A stretch of 64,000 nt of DNA from Candidatus Latescibacterota bacterium (GCA_038279365.1 JAYODI010000001.1:118127-182126); one strand, 5' to 3'; shown: positions 46,298 to 56,406, numbered from the stretch's first letter. Notes: generated from the sequence alone by a model not told the origin. A program made the numbers and translations.

Positions 46298-47478
46298 ACC
46301 AATTAAAAGTTAAAAATGAAAAATTTAAAAATATTGTCTTGTGGATGGCTTTCTGTTTTGCGCTCATTATTTTTAATTTTTCATTTGTATCAGCACAAGA
46401 TCGCCCTGCTCGTGTTTTGTTGGATTGTCGAGAAGGTATTGGTCTGTTTCCCAATATGTGGCGTGGTATGACGTTACAAACGGGTGATCGGCCCGAGCAA
46501 CTGAACTTGCATACCGTATGTTTGGGGCCAGAACCCGTTGCCCACGCGTGGACGATGAGACGACGTGGGGGGAGCTATGACTGGGGGCCATTGGATCGTG
46601 CTTTGGCGGCATTAAAACGCCATCGGGCAGATGTGGTTTTGGTGTTGCCTGTGCCGCTTTATGAAGATGTGCATTGGACGGAATTGGTCGTTGAAACCGT
46701 GCGTCATGTGGGGCGTCAGGTGTCTTTGTTTGAATTTCGAGCAGCACCAGAAACAGATTTTGAGCGGTATTTGGGTTTTTATGAAGCGGGTGTTTGGGCC
46801 GTGCACCAATTGGGTATGAATGTGCGTGTTGGTGGCCCAGGCTTAGATTGGACGAGTGAAAATGTGACAGCATTTATACAACGTTGTGCCATACGAAAAC
46901 TGCCCTTACATGTGGTCACCTGGCATGTTGCGGTTCAAGAGGCAGATGATATGCGCCGTTCCATTGATTACATCAATCAACAGACGTCTCAATATCCTGT
47001 AAGTCGCATGCCCAGCCGTTTAATTACGGGTTGGGATGCAAAAAAAAGTGATTTTGGCCAAGGAATGTCGGCACTGATGCGTGCGATGACCACAGATGTT
47101 GAGGCGATCTGTTTGGCCGATACATCCGATGTGGCTGGGTGGTCGGCACTAAAGGGGTTGGCTCCTCTTTCGGGGGTAAGGGTGCCCGTGGTGATTCAGG
47201 CTCCCGATGGTGGCGTATCGGGGGCAGCGCATTTACATCACGACACAATACTGGCTGTTTTTTGGCATGGACGTGAAGATGGCAATACACCTATTACGGC
47301 CACATTTAGTGGGCTTCTTTTGGGAGATCGTATTCGTGTGGAGCAACTCAGGTTGACGGGCGATCAAGGGCATATGAAACCCGTATTTTCTGAAACCCGC
47401 CCTTTTCAGGAGCCGCTTTCGGTTCATTTTAACCTAACGGGAGATGCCGTAAGGGCTGTGCGGTTGGTGGTAGAATGA
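46294..47478 (+). CDS. Secreted GH39-like protein with degenerate catalytic residues
   Basis: Signal peptide; YDWGPLDR, RVGGPG, LPLHVVTWH GH39-like blocks; expected NEP and ITEW sites read FEFRAAPE and ITGW. Confidence 0.55.
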   Translation: MNQLKVKNEKFKNIVLWMAFCFALIIFNFSFVSAQDRPARVLLDCREGIGLFPNMWRGMTLQTGDRPEQLNLHTVCLGPEPVAHAWTMRRRGGSYDWGPLDRALAALKRHRADVVLVLPVPLYEDVHWTELVVETVRHVGRQVSLFEFRAAPETDFERYLGFYEAGVWAVHQLGMNVRVGGPGLDWTSENVTAFIQRCAIRKLPLHVVTWHVAVQEADDMRRSIDYINQQTSQYPVSRMPSRLITGWDAKKSDFGQGMSALMRAMTTDVEAICLADTSDVAGWSALKGLAPLSGVRVPVVIQAPDGGVSGAAHLHHDTILAVFWHGREDGNTPITATFSGLLLGDRIRVEQLRLTGDQGHMKPVFSETRPFQEPLSVHFNLTGDAVRAVRLVVE

Positions 47479-47511
47479 GTCTTGATGGGAGTGATTATTA
47501 AGGATGAATGC

Positions 47512-48390
47512 TTATGCCTGAGCGAGTTGCTCAGGCTTTTTTGTATCAAATTGGGCGATGAGCATGCCTGCAAGCATGAGGCCACATCCGAAACCTTCGC
47601 GAGCAGTTAAGGTTTCATGAAGGACTGCCCAACCTGCTAAGGCCGCAAAGACAGCTTCGAGGCTAAAGATGATTGCGGCATGTGTTTCGGGTGTGTGCTT
47701 TTGGGCATAAATTTGAAGTGTGAAGGCAATGGCGGCGGAGAAGATGCCACTGTAAACGATAGATGTGGTGGCACCTTGAAGATGAGCGAGTGAGATGGTT
47801 TCTGTGAAAAGTGCCATTGTGAAGCTCAAACAGGCACAGATCCCAAATTGTAGAGTGGCCAAGTGGAATACATTATGATGGGGAGCCACACGTCCTACGA
47901 ATAGGATATGTAAGGCCCAAAAAAATGCCCCAATGAAAACCAATAGGTCACCATATGAAAAGGTGAAGTCACCACGAATGCTGAGAAAATACAGCCCCAC
48001 AGTAGCAAGTAGAGCGCCTACCCATGCATTGCGCCCAATGCGCATGCTCAGAAACAGCCCCATAAAAGGAACGATAATAACATACAGACCCGTAATAAAA
48101 CCGGCTTTGCCTGCGGTGGTATAAACCAATCCTATTTGCTGGAGAGCTGCGCCAAAAAATAAAATAGCCCCCAAAATGATGCCAGCTTGGCATGTTTGTC
48201 GTAATGGGTTTTGTAGTGGGTATTTTCGCGCAATTGGAAGCAGAATCATGGCACCCAAGAAAAAGCGTGCCGCATTAAAAATGAATGGTTCCACATAGTC
48301 CATTCCGGTGCGTTGGGCAACAAATGTGGTGCCCCAAATAAAAGCGGCAAGCAACAGCAGTGCGTCGGCTTTATAGGTTTGTTTGGTCAT
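47512..48390 (-). CDS. DMT/EamA family transporter
   Basis: IWGTTF, GKAGFITGLY, about 10 TM, SLEAVFA. Confidence 0.9.
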   Translation of the reverse strand: MTKQTYKADALLLLAAFIWGTTFVAQRTGMDYVEPFIFNAARFFLGAMILLPIARKYPLQNPLRQTCQAGIILGAILFFGAALQQIGLVYTTAGKAGFITGLYVIIVPFMGLFLSMRIGRNAWVGALLATVGLYFLSIRGDFTFSYGDLLVFIGAFFWALHILFVGRVAPHHNVFHLATLQFGICACLSFTMALFTETISLAHLQGATTSIVYSGIFSAAIAFTLQIYAQKHTPETHAAIIFSLEAVFAALAGWAVLHETLTAREGFGCGLMLAGMLIAQFDTKKPEQLAQA

Positions 48391-49544
48391 TAAAAGGCGG
48401 CGTGGTAGAGATTGACCATATCTGCTTCGGTGCAAGGGCGTGGGTTGGTTCGATGATTGGCATCGGCAATGGCTTGTTTGGCCAGCGCTGGGATGAGGTC
48501 TTTGGTAATGCCAACGAGTGAAAGACGGTTGGGAATATCTACGCGCCCGAGTAGGTCATGCACAAATTCGATGGCCAAGTCGGCACTTTCTTCATCGGTT
48601 TTGTTGTCGGTTTGACAACCGAGTGCCTGAGCGACATCTTTGAGCCCCGATGCGGCTGCCGATTTGTTAAAGGCCATGGTGTGTGGCAAAACAATGGCGT
48701 TTGCTAACCCATGTGGCACATCTGCCAATGTGGATAAGGGGTGAGCCAGTGCATGGGCAACGCCCAAATCTTTTTGGAAAGAAATGGCCCCCATGCTGGA
48801 GGCCAACATCATATTGCCACGGGCTTCGATGTCGGTTCCATTTTTGACAGCGCGTTCTAAATTTTCGGCCACCAAACGTATGCCACCTAAGGCAATGGCA
48901 CCGCATATGGGGTGATAGGTGGTTGCGATATAGGCTTCGAGATTGTGTGTGAGTGCGTCCATGCCTGTGGCGGCGGTGATGTGTGGGGGCAATCCAATGG
49001 TCAGTTCGGGATCACACAATGCCACAACGGGCAATAGTTTGGGGCTAAAGATAACCACCTTACGACCTTCTTCTTTATTGGTGATGACGGCACTGCGCCC
49101 TACTTCGCTGCCAGTCCCTGAGGTTGTGGGAATAGCAATGAGTGGGGGCACTGGATGGATTATTTTTAAGTGACCGTCTACCTGAATTTCGTAAGGGGCC
49201 AGAGCACCTGTGTGGTTGAGGCGAAAACAGGCAGCTTTGGCGGTGTCGATGGCACTGCCCCCACCAAGCCCAATGACAAGATCACACGCCGATGTACGTA
49301 AGGCATCGGTTGCCGCTTCCATGCAGGCTTCGGTTGGGTTGGGTTCTACGCCGTCGAAACACAGGGTTTCAACGTGCCCTTTGAGCGTGTTTAAAACACG
49401 ATCTGCCAAACCCGCTTTTACCAAACCAGGGTCTGTGATGAGGAGCACTTTTTTGGCTTGGCGTTCTTGGATCAGATTGGGAAGTTGGGATAATGCACCG
49501 GGTCCAAAGACCATGCGGGTAGGAAATGAAAAATTGGATATCAT
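48390..49544 (-). CDS. Iron-containing alcohol dehydrogenase
   Basis: GGGSAID, PTTSGTGSE, GMDALTHNLE, HALAH, HGLAN. Confidence 0.93.
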   Translation of the reverse strand: MISNFSFPTRMVFGPGALSQLPNLIQERQAKKVLLITDPGLVKAGLADRVLNTLKGHVETLCFDGVEPNPTEACMEAATDALRTSACDLVIGLGGGSAIDTAKAACFRLNHTGALAPYEIQVDGHLKIIHPVPPLIAIPTTSGTGSEVGRSAVITNKEEGRKVVIFSPKLLPVVALCDPELTIGLPPHITAATGMDALTHNLEAYIATTYHPICGAIALGGIRLVAENLERAVKNGTDIEARGNMMLASSMGAISFQKDLGVAHALAHPLSTLADVPHGLANAIVLPHTMAFNKSAAASGLKDVAQALGCQTDNKTDEESADLAIEFVHDLLGRVDIPNRLSLVGITKDLIPALAKQAIADANHRTNPRPCTEADMVNLYHAAF

Positions 49545-49661
49545 AAAAACCTCGATCAAAAGGGTTGGTGTGTGTGCACTGGTAATATGGTTTGAGTTTC
49601 TGTTTGTATTAAGAAAGAGTGTATTCGATGTGGTTGGTTGCGCTGTGATGGTAGATTTTGA

Positions 49662-51014
49662 TTAAATGACTTCAAAATATCGTTTGAGTTCCCAATTGGT
49701 AACGGCTTTGTTATATAATCTGACTTCGTAATCTCTGATGAGGATGTAATGGTCAATAAAGGTATCGCCAAAAATTTGGCGCGCAGGTTCGCTGTTTTTG
49801 AGTTGGACAACTGCGGCTTCCAAACTTGTGGGTAACATGGTGAGATTTGTATCTGTATAGGCATTTCCAGCAATGGCATCGCCGGGTTCAAGTTTGTTTT
49901 CAATGCCATAAAGCCCTGCGGCCAATCCTGCGGCCATGACAAGGTAGGGGTTGGTGTCGGCACCACATAGGCGGTTTTCGAGGCGTGTTGATTTGCCAGA
50001 GTTTCCGGGAATGGCCCGAATGGCACTGGTGCGGTTTTCGATGCCCCAAGATACATTGATGGGTGACCACACGCCAGGAACGGCGCGTTTGTAGGAGTTG
50101 ATGTTGGGGCAATAAAAAGATGTGAATGCTGGCATAAGGTGTAACAATCCACCCAAATAATGTCGGGCGGTTTCTGACAACGGTTGCGTGGCATCGGCAA
50201 AGAGATTTTTTTTGCCCGCGACATCCCAAAGGCTTTGGTGTACGTGCCCACTACAACCAGGGAGATCGGCATTCCATTTGGCCATAAAGGTGGCGATCAG
50301 ATTGTGTCTGGGGGCTAGTTCTTTGATGCCTGTTTTGAACAGGGCGGCTTTGTCTGCGGCTTTGACACCTTCGTCATATTTGATGGCCGTTTCATAAACG
50401 CCAGGACCCGTTTCGGTATGAATGCCTTCCAGTTCTATGTCGTAGGCACTCATTTTGTCGATGATGTCATGCACCAAGTCGGCATAGGTCGAGGCTCTTA
50501 CTGCGCTGTATCCAAACATACCCGGAGAGAGTGGTTTGAGATTTGTAAAGTTTTTGTCATAAACGGTGTGACTGGACTCTTCAAAGAAAAAATATTCATA
50601 TTCGGCAGAAGCATAAAAACGAAAGCCCATGTCGCGGGCTTTGTTGACCATTTTTTGAAGCAGGTGGCGCGGGGAGAGTGGGTAGGGTTCGCCATTTTTA
50701 TCGTAGAGATCCATCACAAAAAGTGCCGTATTGGGCTCCCAGGGAACGATGCGAAAAGTGCTGGTATCAATTTTGGCCAACGTGTCGGGGTAACCCGTGT
50801 GCCACCCTGTGAGACTGTCGCGGTCATAGAGTTCGTCATTGGCGTCCCAGCCAAAAAGGACATCGCAAAAACTCATGCCCGACTCAACGGCGGAGTAAAA
50901 TTTGTCGAGAGAAACGTATTTGCCTCGGCAGATGCCTTCTATGTCGAAGGTGACAAGCTTCACTTTTTTGATGTTGTGTGTTGTGAAGGTGTTTTGAAGT
51001 GTGGTGATATTCAT
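49662..51014 (-). CDS. Glutamine synthetase-like gamma-glutamyl-amine ligase
   Basis: RGK, EYEYF, HTETGPGVYE, TFMAK, GCSGHVHQSL, NSYKR, ENRT, ENRLCGADTNPY. Confidence 0.9.
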   Translation of the reverse strand: MNITTLQNTFTTHNIKKVKLVTFDIEGICRGKYVSLDKFYSAVESGMSFCDVLFGWDANDELYDRDSLTGWHTGYPDTLAKIDTSTFRIVPWEPNTALFVMDLYDKNGEPYPLSPRHLLQKMVNKARDMGFRFYASAEYEYFFFEESSHTVYDKNFTNLKPLSPGMFGYSAVRASTYADLVHDIIDKMSAYDIELEGIHTETGPGVYETAIKYDEGVKAADKAALFKTGIKELAPRHNLIATFMAKWNADLPGCSGHVHQSLWDVAGKKNLFADATQPLSETARHYLGGLLHLMPAFTSFYCPNINSYKRAVPGVWSPINVSWGIENRTSAIRAIPGNSGKSTRLENRLCGADTNPYLVMAAGLAAGLYGIENKLEPGDAIAGNAYTDTNLTMLPTSLEAAVVQLKNSEPARQIFGDTFIDHYILIRDYEVRLYNKAVTNWELKRYFEVI

Positions 51015-51067
51015 ATGGGCCTCGTGTTTGTATGTCCATTAAGAGTGATCTTTGTTGGGTTGCAAGT

Positions 51068-51895
51068 TTATGTGTTTATAAATGATTTGAGAAAATCTGC
51101 CGAGCGTTGGGCTGCTTCTTGGGGAGGCAGGTCGCCGCCAAAAGCGTGATGAAGCGTGACATAACCTGTGTATTGAATGGCTTTTAAACCGTCAAAGACG
51201 TGTTGAAATTGAATGCCACCGGGTTTGTCTAATGGACGCAGTGTGGATGGAACCACACCTTTTACCCAAGTTGGCATGGGCAACCCCCCATTGGGGTCGG
51301 GTACATGGTTTTGAAGATAGACGTTGAAGAGATGGGGTTCAAAAGCTTTGATGGTTTCTGTGTCGTAAGGTTCGCCGCATAGGGCCAAATTGGCGGGTTC
51401 GTATATGATGCCAAAGTTGGGTCGATTGATTTGGGAAAGGGTGTTGAGGCTGCCCTCCACGGTTTCAAACAGGCTTTGGGTGTGGCATTGATGGGCCAAT
51501 CGCATATTGCGCTCAAGGGCTTCATCGGCGGCGCGTTGAGCAAACGGAATGTCACTTTTGTTTTTGAGGCATACGCGCATCAAATCGCACCCTAATGTTT
51601 CTGCTAAGTTTAAGTGTGGTGTGATGTTGCGCAGGCAGCCTGGGCCATCTAAGCCGTTTTCTGGTATGGCAAAATCACCTGTGACCATAGAAATAGCCAA
51701 TTGGGCTTGATCGACAAGGCGTTTGACTTCTGACATACGCTCAGGTGTATGGTGAATTCCCACCATTGATGCGCGCATACACAAGGCATCATACCCTGCT
51801 TTTTTGGCGATGGATGATAGTTCGGGAAGGGCAATGTCAATTTCCCGTTTGTTGCTAAACTTTTCGGCCACACGCACCGAGAGTGAAAGTTTCAT
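51068..51895 (-). CDS. Sugar phosphate isomerase/epimerase (xylose isomerase-like TIM barrel)
   Basis: HQCH, NFGIIYEPANL, NVYLQN, YTGYVT; start ATG 51895 with GAGG RBS. Confidence 0.8.
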   Translation of the reverse strand: MKLSLSVRVAEKFSNKREIDIALPELSSIAKKAGYDALCMRASMVGIHHTPERMSEVKRLVDQAQLAISMVTGDFAIPENGLDGPGCLRNITPHLNLAETLGCDLMRVCLKNKSDIPFAQRAADEALERNMRLAHQCHTQSLFETVEGSLNTLSQINRPNFGIIYEPANLALCGEPYDTETIKAFEPHLFNVYLQNHVPDPNGGLPMPTWVKGVVPSTLRPLDKPGGIQFQHVFDGLKAIQYTGYVTLHHAFGGDLPPQEAAQRSADFLKSFINT

Positions 51896-52131
51896 GGGGT
51901 GATCCTCGTGTTTTGTTGGTGTATATGCATGTATGATTTTTGTTGTTCTGTCAATGGATGATTGGGCATACAAAAAATCAATTTGGCATCTGACGAAAAT
52001 TTGGCTATTCTTTAGGTGATGTCTATTTGCCGATGTATCAAATTTGTCATATATTATGCCACAGCGATCTCCCCCGAGATCTGTGGGCTGCGCAAAAATT
52101 TGCGCCAAAAAAGTCAGGAGGATGGGGCATT

Positions 52132-52812
52132 ATGATCGAAATGCGTGTAGATAATTTGAGTGAACCCAATTCAGGACAAGAAGTGGTGTGGTTGCGAAGC
52201 TTAGAGGGCAGTGTGCTTGTGCCCATTGAAATTGGCCACACAGAATGGCTTTCGATTTGGGCAGAAGTGACTGGCGAGCGCTTGCCACGTCCATTAACCC
52301 ATGATTTATTACGCACGCTTTTAACACATTTTGATGCCGAAGTTGAAGAGATACAGGTGGTTGATTTTCGAGATGGTATTTTTTATGCCGAGTTGGTGTT
52401 GTCAAGCGGTGGTGAGCAGGTTCGGTTTGATGCCCGTCCCAGCGATTGTATTGCATTGGCATTGAAGTTTGGTGCGCCTATTTTTATGGATGGCAAGATC
52501 ATTCAACAAGTTGGCTATAACGCAAAAGTTCGTCAAGATGGTTTGGAGCTTGAACCATTGAACCCTTCAGTAGAAGATATTTCTGCACCGATGGATGTGG
52601 AAGAACCAGAGATGGTTGTACAAGCCGTAGATGATCTGATTGCCGACGCCGAGGATGCTTTTGCTTTACAAGGGGATGATATTGACCCGGGTGAGTTGTT
52701 AACGGTGTTGAAAGAGCAGATGCAAAAAGCTGTTATTGAAGAACGGTATGAAGATGCCGGTATGATTCGCGATGAAATTGAACGCATTGAGGTCACAAAG
52801 CAATCTTCGTAA
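52132..52812 (+). CDS. Bifunctional nuclease (DUF151) family with C-terminal UvrB/UvrC motif
   Basis: PIEIG, RPLTHDL, DARPSDCIALA; AVIEERYEDAGMIRDEI UVR motif. Confidence 0.9.
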   Translation: MIEMRVDNLSEPNSGQEVVWLRSLEGSVLVPIEIGHTEWLSIWAEVTGERLPRPLTHDLLRTLLTHFDAEVEEIQVVDFRDGIFYAELVLSSGGEQVRFDARPSDCIALALKFGAPIFMDGKIIQQVGYNAKVRQDGLELEPLNPSVEDISAPMDVEEPEMVVQAVDDLIADAEDAFALQGDDIDPGELLTVLKEQMQKAVIEERYEDAGMIRDEIERIEVTKQSS

Positions 52813-53004
52813 GTGATGGAAGTGTTTTTTTAATTTTCGACCCCCAAGAACAGGTTTTGGTTCTTGGGGGTTTGTTTTGTGGTGTGTTAAATGGGTGGAT
52901 TTTTAGCGCTGACAGTTGGGGTTTTAGGGTGTCTTATGTATATTACAGTGCTTCTATCGAAATTGTTCATTGCCGTTTTGTGATTATGAAGGAGTTTTGG
53001 TGCT

Positions 53005-54054
53005 ATGAAATTGGGTCTTGTAGGGTTGCCTCAAGTGGGCAAACGAACATTGTTTAGCCTTTTGACGGGACAAGATGGTGATAAGGTCAATATTGGTTTG
53101 GCAAAGGTAAGAGATGCTCGATTTGAGAAATTGGTTGACATGTTTCATCCTAAAAAAGAAACGCCTGCTCAAATGGAGTTTATGTTGTTGCCCGATATGG
53201 ATACCGAAGCAAGTCGCAATGCCGAAACGTTACGAGGGTTGGAAAAAGTAGATGTGATTTGTTATTTGGCCCGGGCTTTTGAAGATGAGACAGTTTTTCA
53301 TGTTGAAGGAGATGTCAATGCTTTGCGCGATGTTCAGTCGTTTTGGGATGAACTGATTTTAAGTGACCAGATTTTTGTGGAAAAACGTTTGGAACGTTTG
53401 GCCAAAGAGAAACGCCCCAATGATGTACAACGGGCGGCCAAAGAAACCGAGCTGATGACCAAAATGCAGGCCCATTTGGAAGATGGTAAACCATTGAGCT
53501 TGTTTGTGTTGACGGATGAGGACAAGAAGCTGATTTCAAGCTATCCCTTTTTGACCTTAAAAGCCGTTATGGTAGTGCTCAATGTAGGTGAAGATCAAAT
53601 AGGTGATGACAGTTTGTCTCAGGAAATTGAGGAACGATTTGCCGATCAAGGTTTTCGGTGGATTGCTATTTCGGCTCAAATTGAGCAAGAAGTATCGCAA
53701 TTGGATGACGAAGAGCGCATTGCATTTTTGGAAGAATTGGGCATTGAACAGCCAGCGTTAGACCGTTTGACTTTGCTGTGTTATGAGACGTTGGGATTGA
53801 TGTCTTACTTTACTGTGGGTGAAGACGAAGTGCGTGCTTGGACGATTCGTCAAGGGGCTTTGGCTCCTGAAGCGGGTGGCGTGATTCATGGCGACATAGA
53901 ACGCGGTTTTATTCGTGCTGAGGTCATGAAGTATGACGATTTGATGGAATTGGGCAGTGAGCAAAAAGTGAAAGCGGCGGGAAAATTTGTGCAAAAAGGC
54001 CGTGATGCGGCTATTGATGATGGCGATATTATCCACTTTTTGTTTAAGGTGTAA
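53005..54054 (+). CDS. ychF: YchF-like ATPase (divergent G motifs), C-terminal TGS/DUF933
   Basis: GLPQVGKRT; FTVGEDEVRAWT, GVIHGDIERGFIRAEV, DGDIIHF. Confidence 0.85.
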   Translation: MKLGLVGLPQVGKRTLFSLLTGQDGDKVNIGLAKVRDARFEKLVDMFHPKKETPAQMEFMLLPDMDTEASRNAETLRGLEKVDVICYLARAFEDETVFHVEGDVNALRDVQSFWDELILSDQIFVEKRLERLAKEKRPNDVQRAAKETELMTKMQAHLEDGKPLSLFVLTDEDKKLISSYPFLTLKAVMVVLNVGEDQIGDDSLSQEIEERFADQGFRWIAISAQIEQEVSQLDDEERIAFLEELGIEQPALDRLTLLCYETLGLMSYFTVGEDEVRAWTIRQGALAPEAGGVIHGDIERGFIRAEVMKYDDLMELGSEQKVKAAGKFVQKGRDAAIDDGDIIHFLFKV

Positions 54055-54069
54055 AACGGCAGATATGTC

Positions 54070-54135
54070 ACTGGTCACAAGTCACAGGTCTACAAATCTC
54101 AAGTCAAAACCTTAAGACCTGCGACTTGTGACTGA
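54070..54135. repeat. Heptamer inverted repeat element; related sequence at 45181-45230
   Basis: gtcacaa-gtcacag-gtc ... gacct-gcgactt-gtgac. Confidence 0.55.
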
Positions 54136-54156
54136 ATTTACAGAGGTTATTGTATG

Positions 54157-54189
54157 CGTCTGAAAGGTTATCCTTTCGGGCGTTTTTTT
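54157..54189. terminator. Terminator
   Basis: cgtctgaaagg-ttat-cctttcgggcg followed by a T-run. Confidence 0.7.
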
Positions 54190-54517
54190 ATGTTAAGCTG
54201 GAGCTTTGAATGATGGATTGTAGGGCATGGAGGTGCGATTTGAGGGCGTGACGGCCTTGATCTGAGAGGGTATACCACGTGACGGGTTTTCGGTTTTGAA
54301 ATTCTTTTTTTATGGTGACATAGTTGGCTTCTTCGAGTTTGCGCATGTGGGCTCCCATGTTGCCGTCGGTTTCTTTTAAGAGTTTTTTGAGATTGGTGAA
54401 ACTCATGGCATCAGTATCTGCCAACAAAATACAAGTGCCGAGACGGCTGCGATGTTCGAGAAGTTTGTCGAGTTTGGCAAGGCCATTGGCAGTGGCTTCG
54501 GTATCAGACGTCTTCAT
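54188..54517 (-). CDS. Winged-helix transcriptional regulator (HTH_34/MarR-like)
   Basis: RL, FTNLK, TDGNMGAHMRKLEEANY, KPVTWYTLSDQGR. Confidence 0.88.
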   Translation of the reverse strand: MKTSDTEATANGLAKLDKLLEHRSRLGTCILLADTDAMSFTNLKKLLKETDGNMGAHMRKLEEANYVTIKKEFQNRKPVTWYTLSDQGRHALKSHLHALQSIIQSSSLT

Positions 54518-55076
54518 GCTGAGGCCTCATTTTGATGGCACTGATGATCAAGCTTGCTGAAAATGCGAATCCAATTACGGTCCAAGGATAAGGGCCAACA
54601 AAATCTACAGCAGCCGCACCGACGACCATGACAATACCTGGAAAAAGGTATCGTTTGTCGAGGTGTAAGCCTGCAAAATAACCGCACAAACCGCTGATGA
54701 GCATGAAAAGTTGGCCAACGACCCACCCATTGAGGTTGTGAACATTTGATATGGATAAGATTGCTATAAAAACAAAAAACATGCTGCCCCAATGGATGCT
54801 GTGCTTTCGTCCTTCGGCTTTGCTTAAGGTGCCACAATTGCGACTGGCACGTTTGCCCAAATAGAAACTAACAAAAAAACCTATAAGAGGTGCTGTTAAC
54901 CAATACCAGCCAGAGTATTGGTGAAAAAAATCGTTTAGCAGAGAACCAATGGCAACGATGATGGCCCATAAAATGGATATGGCAATAGAAGTATATCTCT
55001 GTTTGTTGCGTTCGCCAACGGTTTCGCGTAAAAAAGCGATGTCGGACTCTATTTTTTCTATGTTGGGTGTTGTCAT
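54504..55076 (-). CDS. Integral membrane protein coupled to the wHTH regulator
   Basis: About 6 TM segments; overlaps the regulator start; AAGGAG RBS. Confidence 0.75.
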   Translation of the reverse strand: MTTPNIEKIESDIAFLRETVGERNKQRYTSIAISILWAIIVAIGSLLNDFFHQYSGWYWLTAPLIGFFVSFYLGKRASRNCGTLSKAEGRKHSIHWGSMFFVFIAILSISNVHNLNGWVVGQLFMLISGLCGYFAGLHLDKRYLFPGIVMVVGAAAVDFVGPYPWTVIGFAFSASLIISAIKMRPQHEDV

Positions 55077-55101
55077 TGTTGTTCTCCTTGTTGCGTTGAG
55101 A

Positions 55102-55641
55102 TTATGCATCACCTATGCGGTTAAGGGTCATTTCAAAAAACTGTGTCCAAGTTTTACCATCTGTTGAGCGTTCACCTATTTCGTACCATTGCCCTGCTTT
55201 ATTTAAGCGAATGGTGTAGCGCATTTGTCCCATGTTGGGGATATCCATTTCCCAAATCAGTGCATCATTTTCCCAATGGGCAGTATAATCACCTTCTTGT
55301 CCTTTGTGTAAATATGTGCGGAAACGAAAATGTTGTCCTGCTGGGTTGTATGAAAATATGCCAAGTGCATGGTGAACCACGATGGGCTCTGGGCGATTGG
55401 GTATTTGGGTTTTATGCAGCCCCTCAACCATAAGGATGAGTCCATCGAGTTTGCGTTGCACGGTTTATGTGCCAGAAAATACGCTTCGATTAGGACCATA
55501 TTGAATCCAACCCGTGCCTTCCCACTTTCCAACAAGAAAATCAAGTTTTTGCATTTCTGTTTTCAGCACTTCTGGGTTGGGTTGTGCAAAGGTTGGGGTG
55601 GTGGAAATTAGAAGGAATAAGAGGTAGATGACGGTGTGCAT
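55102..55641 (-). pseudogene. Secreted DUF1579-like protein interrupted by an in-frame TAA
   Basis: ATG 55641 gives signal peptide + MQKLDFLVGKWEGTGW...FSGT, then TAA (55465-55467), then TVQRKLDG in the same frame. Confidence 0.7.
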
Positions 55642-55919
55642 GACTTGCTACTTTTTAGTTGTTTGTAGAGTTCTCTGAAAAATAGAGTAAATAAAAATAT
55701 ATGTCAATGCTTTTTTCAGTTTTTTGTTAAACAAGCATATATCTCACACATTTCTGAGTGGAAAAAAAGATCGTCATTTTTTTAAGTTATTGTTATTTAT
55801 TGGTATTTGCATTGTGTGTGTGGTGGTATGTTTTTTGTTATATAGGGTGAATGTGAGGTTTGGAAATGCGATATTTATAGACTTTGACAAGTTGTTTTTT
55901 TAGTGAAAGGTGGCAGGGT

Positions 55920-56384
55920 ATGTTGCGATTCGTGTGTTGTTGGATTGCGATAGTGACGTTGGGGATGACCAGGGATGCAGATGCAGAACGGTGGTATTTT
56001 TCTGGTTTAACACCAGGTATTGTACTTGAAGGTGAGATGGAGGCTGCGGGGCATGTGTTTGTGGGTGTCGAAGGCATTTTATGGCGGTTTTTAGGATACA
56101 GTGCCGATGTGGGTTATTTGGCACCTTGGAAAGCACCCAGACATGGGGCAGGTGTCTTGTCTGTTGGTGGTTTAATTTTTCCAGTAAAAAACAGAAGGAA
56201 TGCGTTATTTATTTCATCGGGATATACGCTTGGTAAACAGAGCCAACAGGCCAATTTTTTACATACAGGTTTGGGCACGCGGTTGGGTAAGCGTGTGCGT
56301 GTAGAGGTGCGTCATTATGTTAACTTTGACGGAAGTGATCCCAATACCCATGTATGGGCATTGCGTTTGGGAATCGTTTTTTAG
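55920..56384 (+). CDS. Small outer-membrane beta-barrel-like protein
   Basis: Signal peptide, alternating beta-strand pattern, C-terminal LRLGIVF ending in Phe. Confidence 0.65.
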   Translation: MLRFVCCWIAIVTLGMTRDADAERWYFSGLTPGIVLEGEMEAAGHVFVGVEGILWRFLGYSADVGYLAPWKAPRHGAGVLSVGGLIFPVKNRRNALFISSGYTLGKQSQQANFLHTGLGTRLGKRVRVEVRHYVNFDGSDPNTHVWALRLGIVF

Positions 56385-56406
56385 CGGATTTGAATGGTTG
56401 TTATGC

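Noticed and set aside
49556-51149. Long alternative-frame ORFs (49556-50272 minus, 50418-51149 plus); similarly 3624-4268 and other overlapping ORFs in the track
   Set aside because: Shadow ORFs overlapping well-supported genes, with no motifs or RBS
55824-55840. Possible sigma54 site TGGTATGTTTTTTGTT upstream of the beta-barrel gene
   Set aside because: The -12 element reads GT rather than GC within low-complexity T-rich DNA; too weak to call
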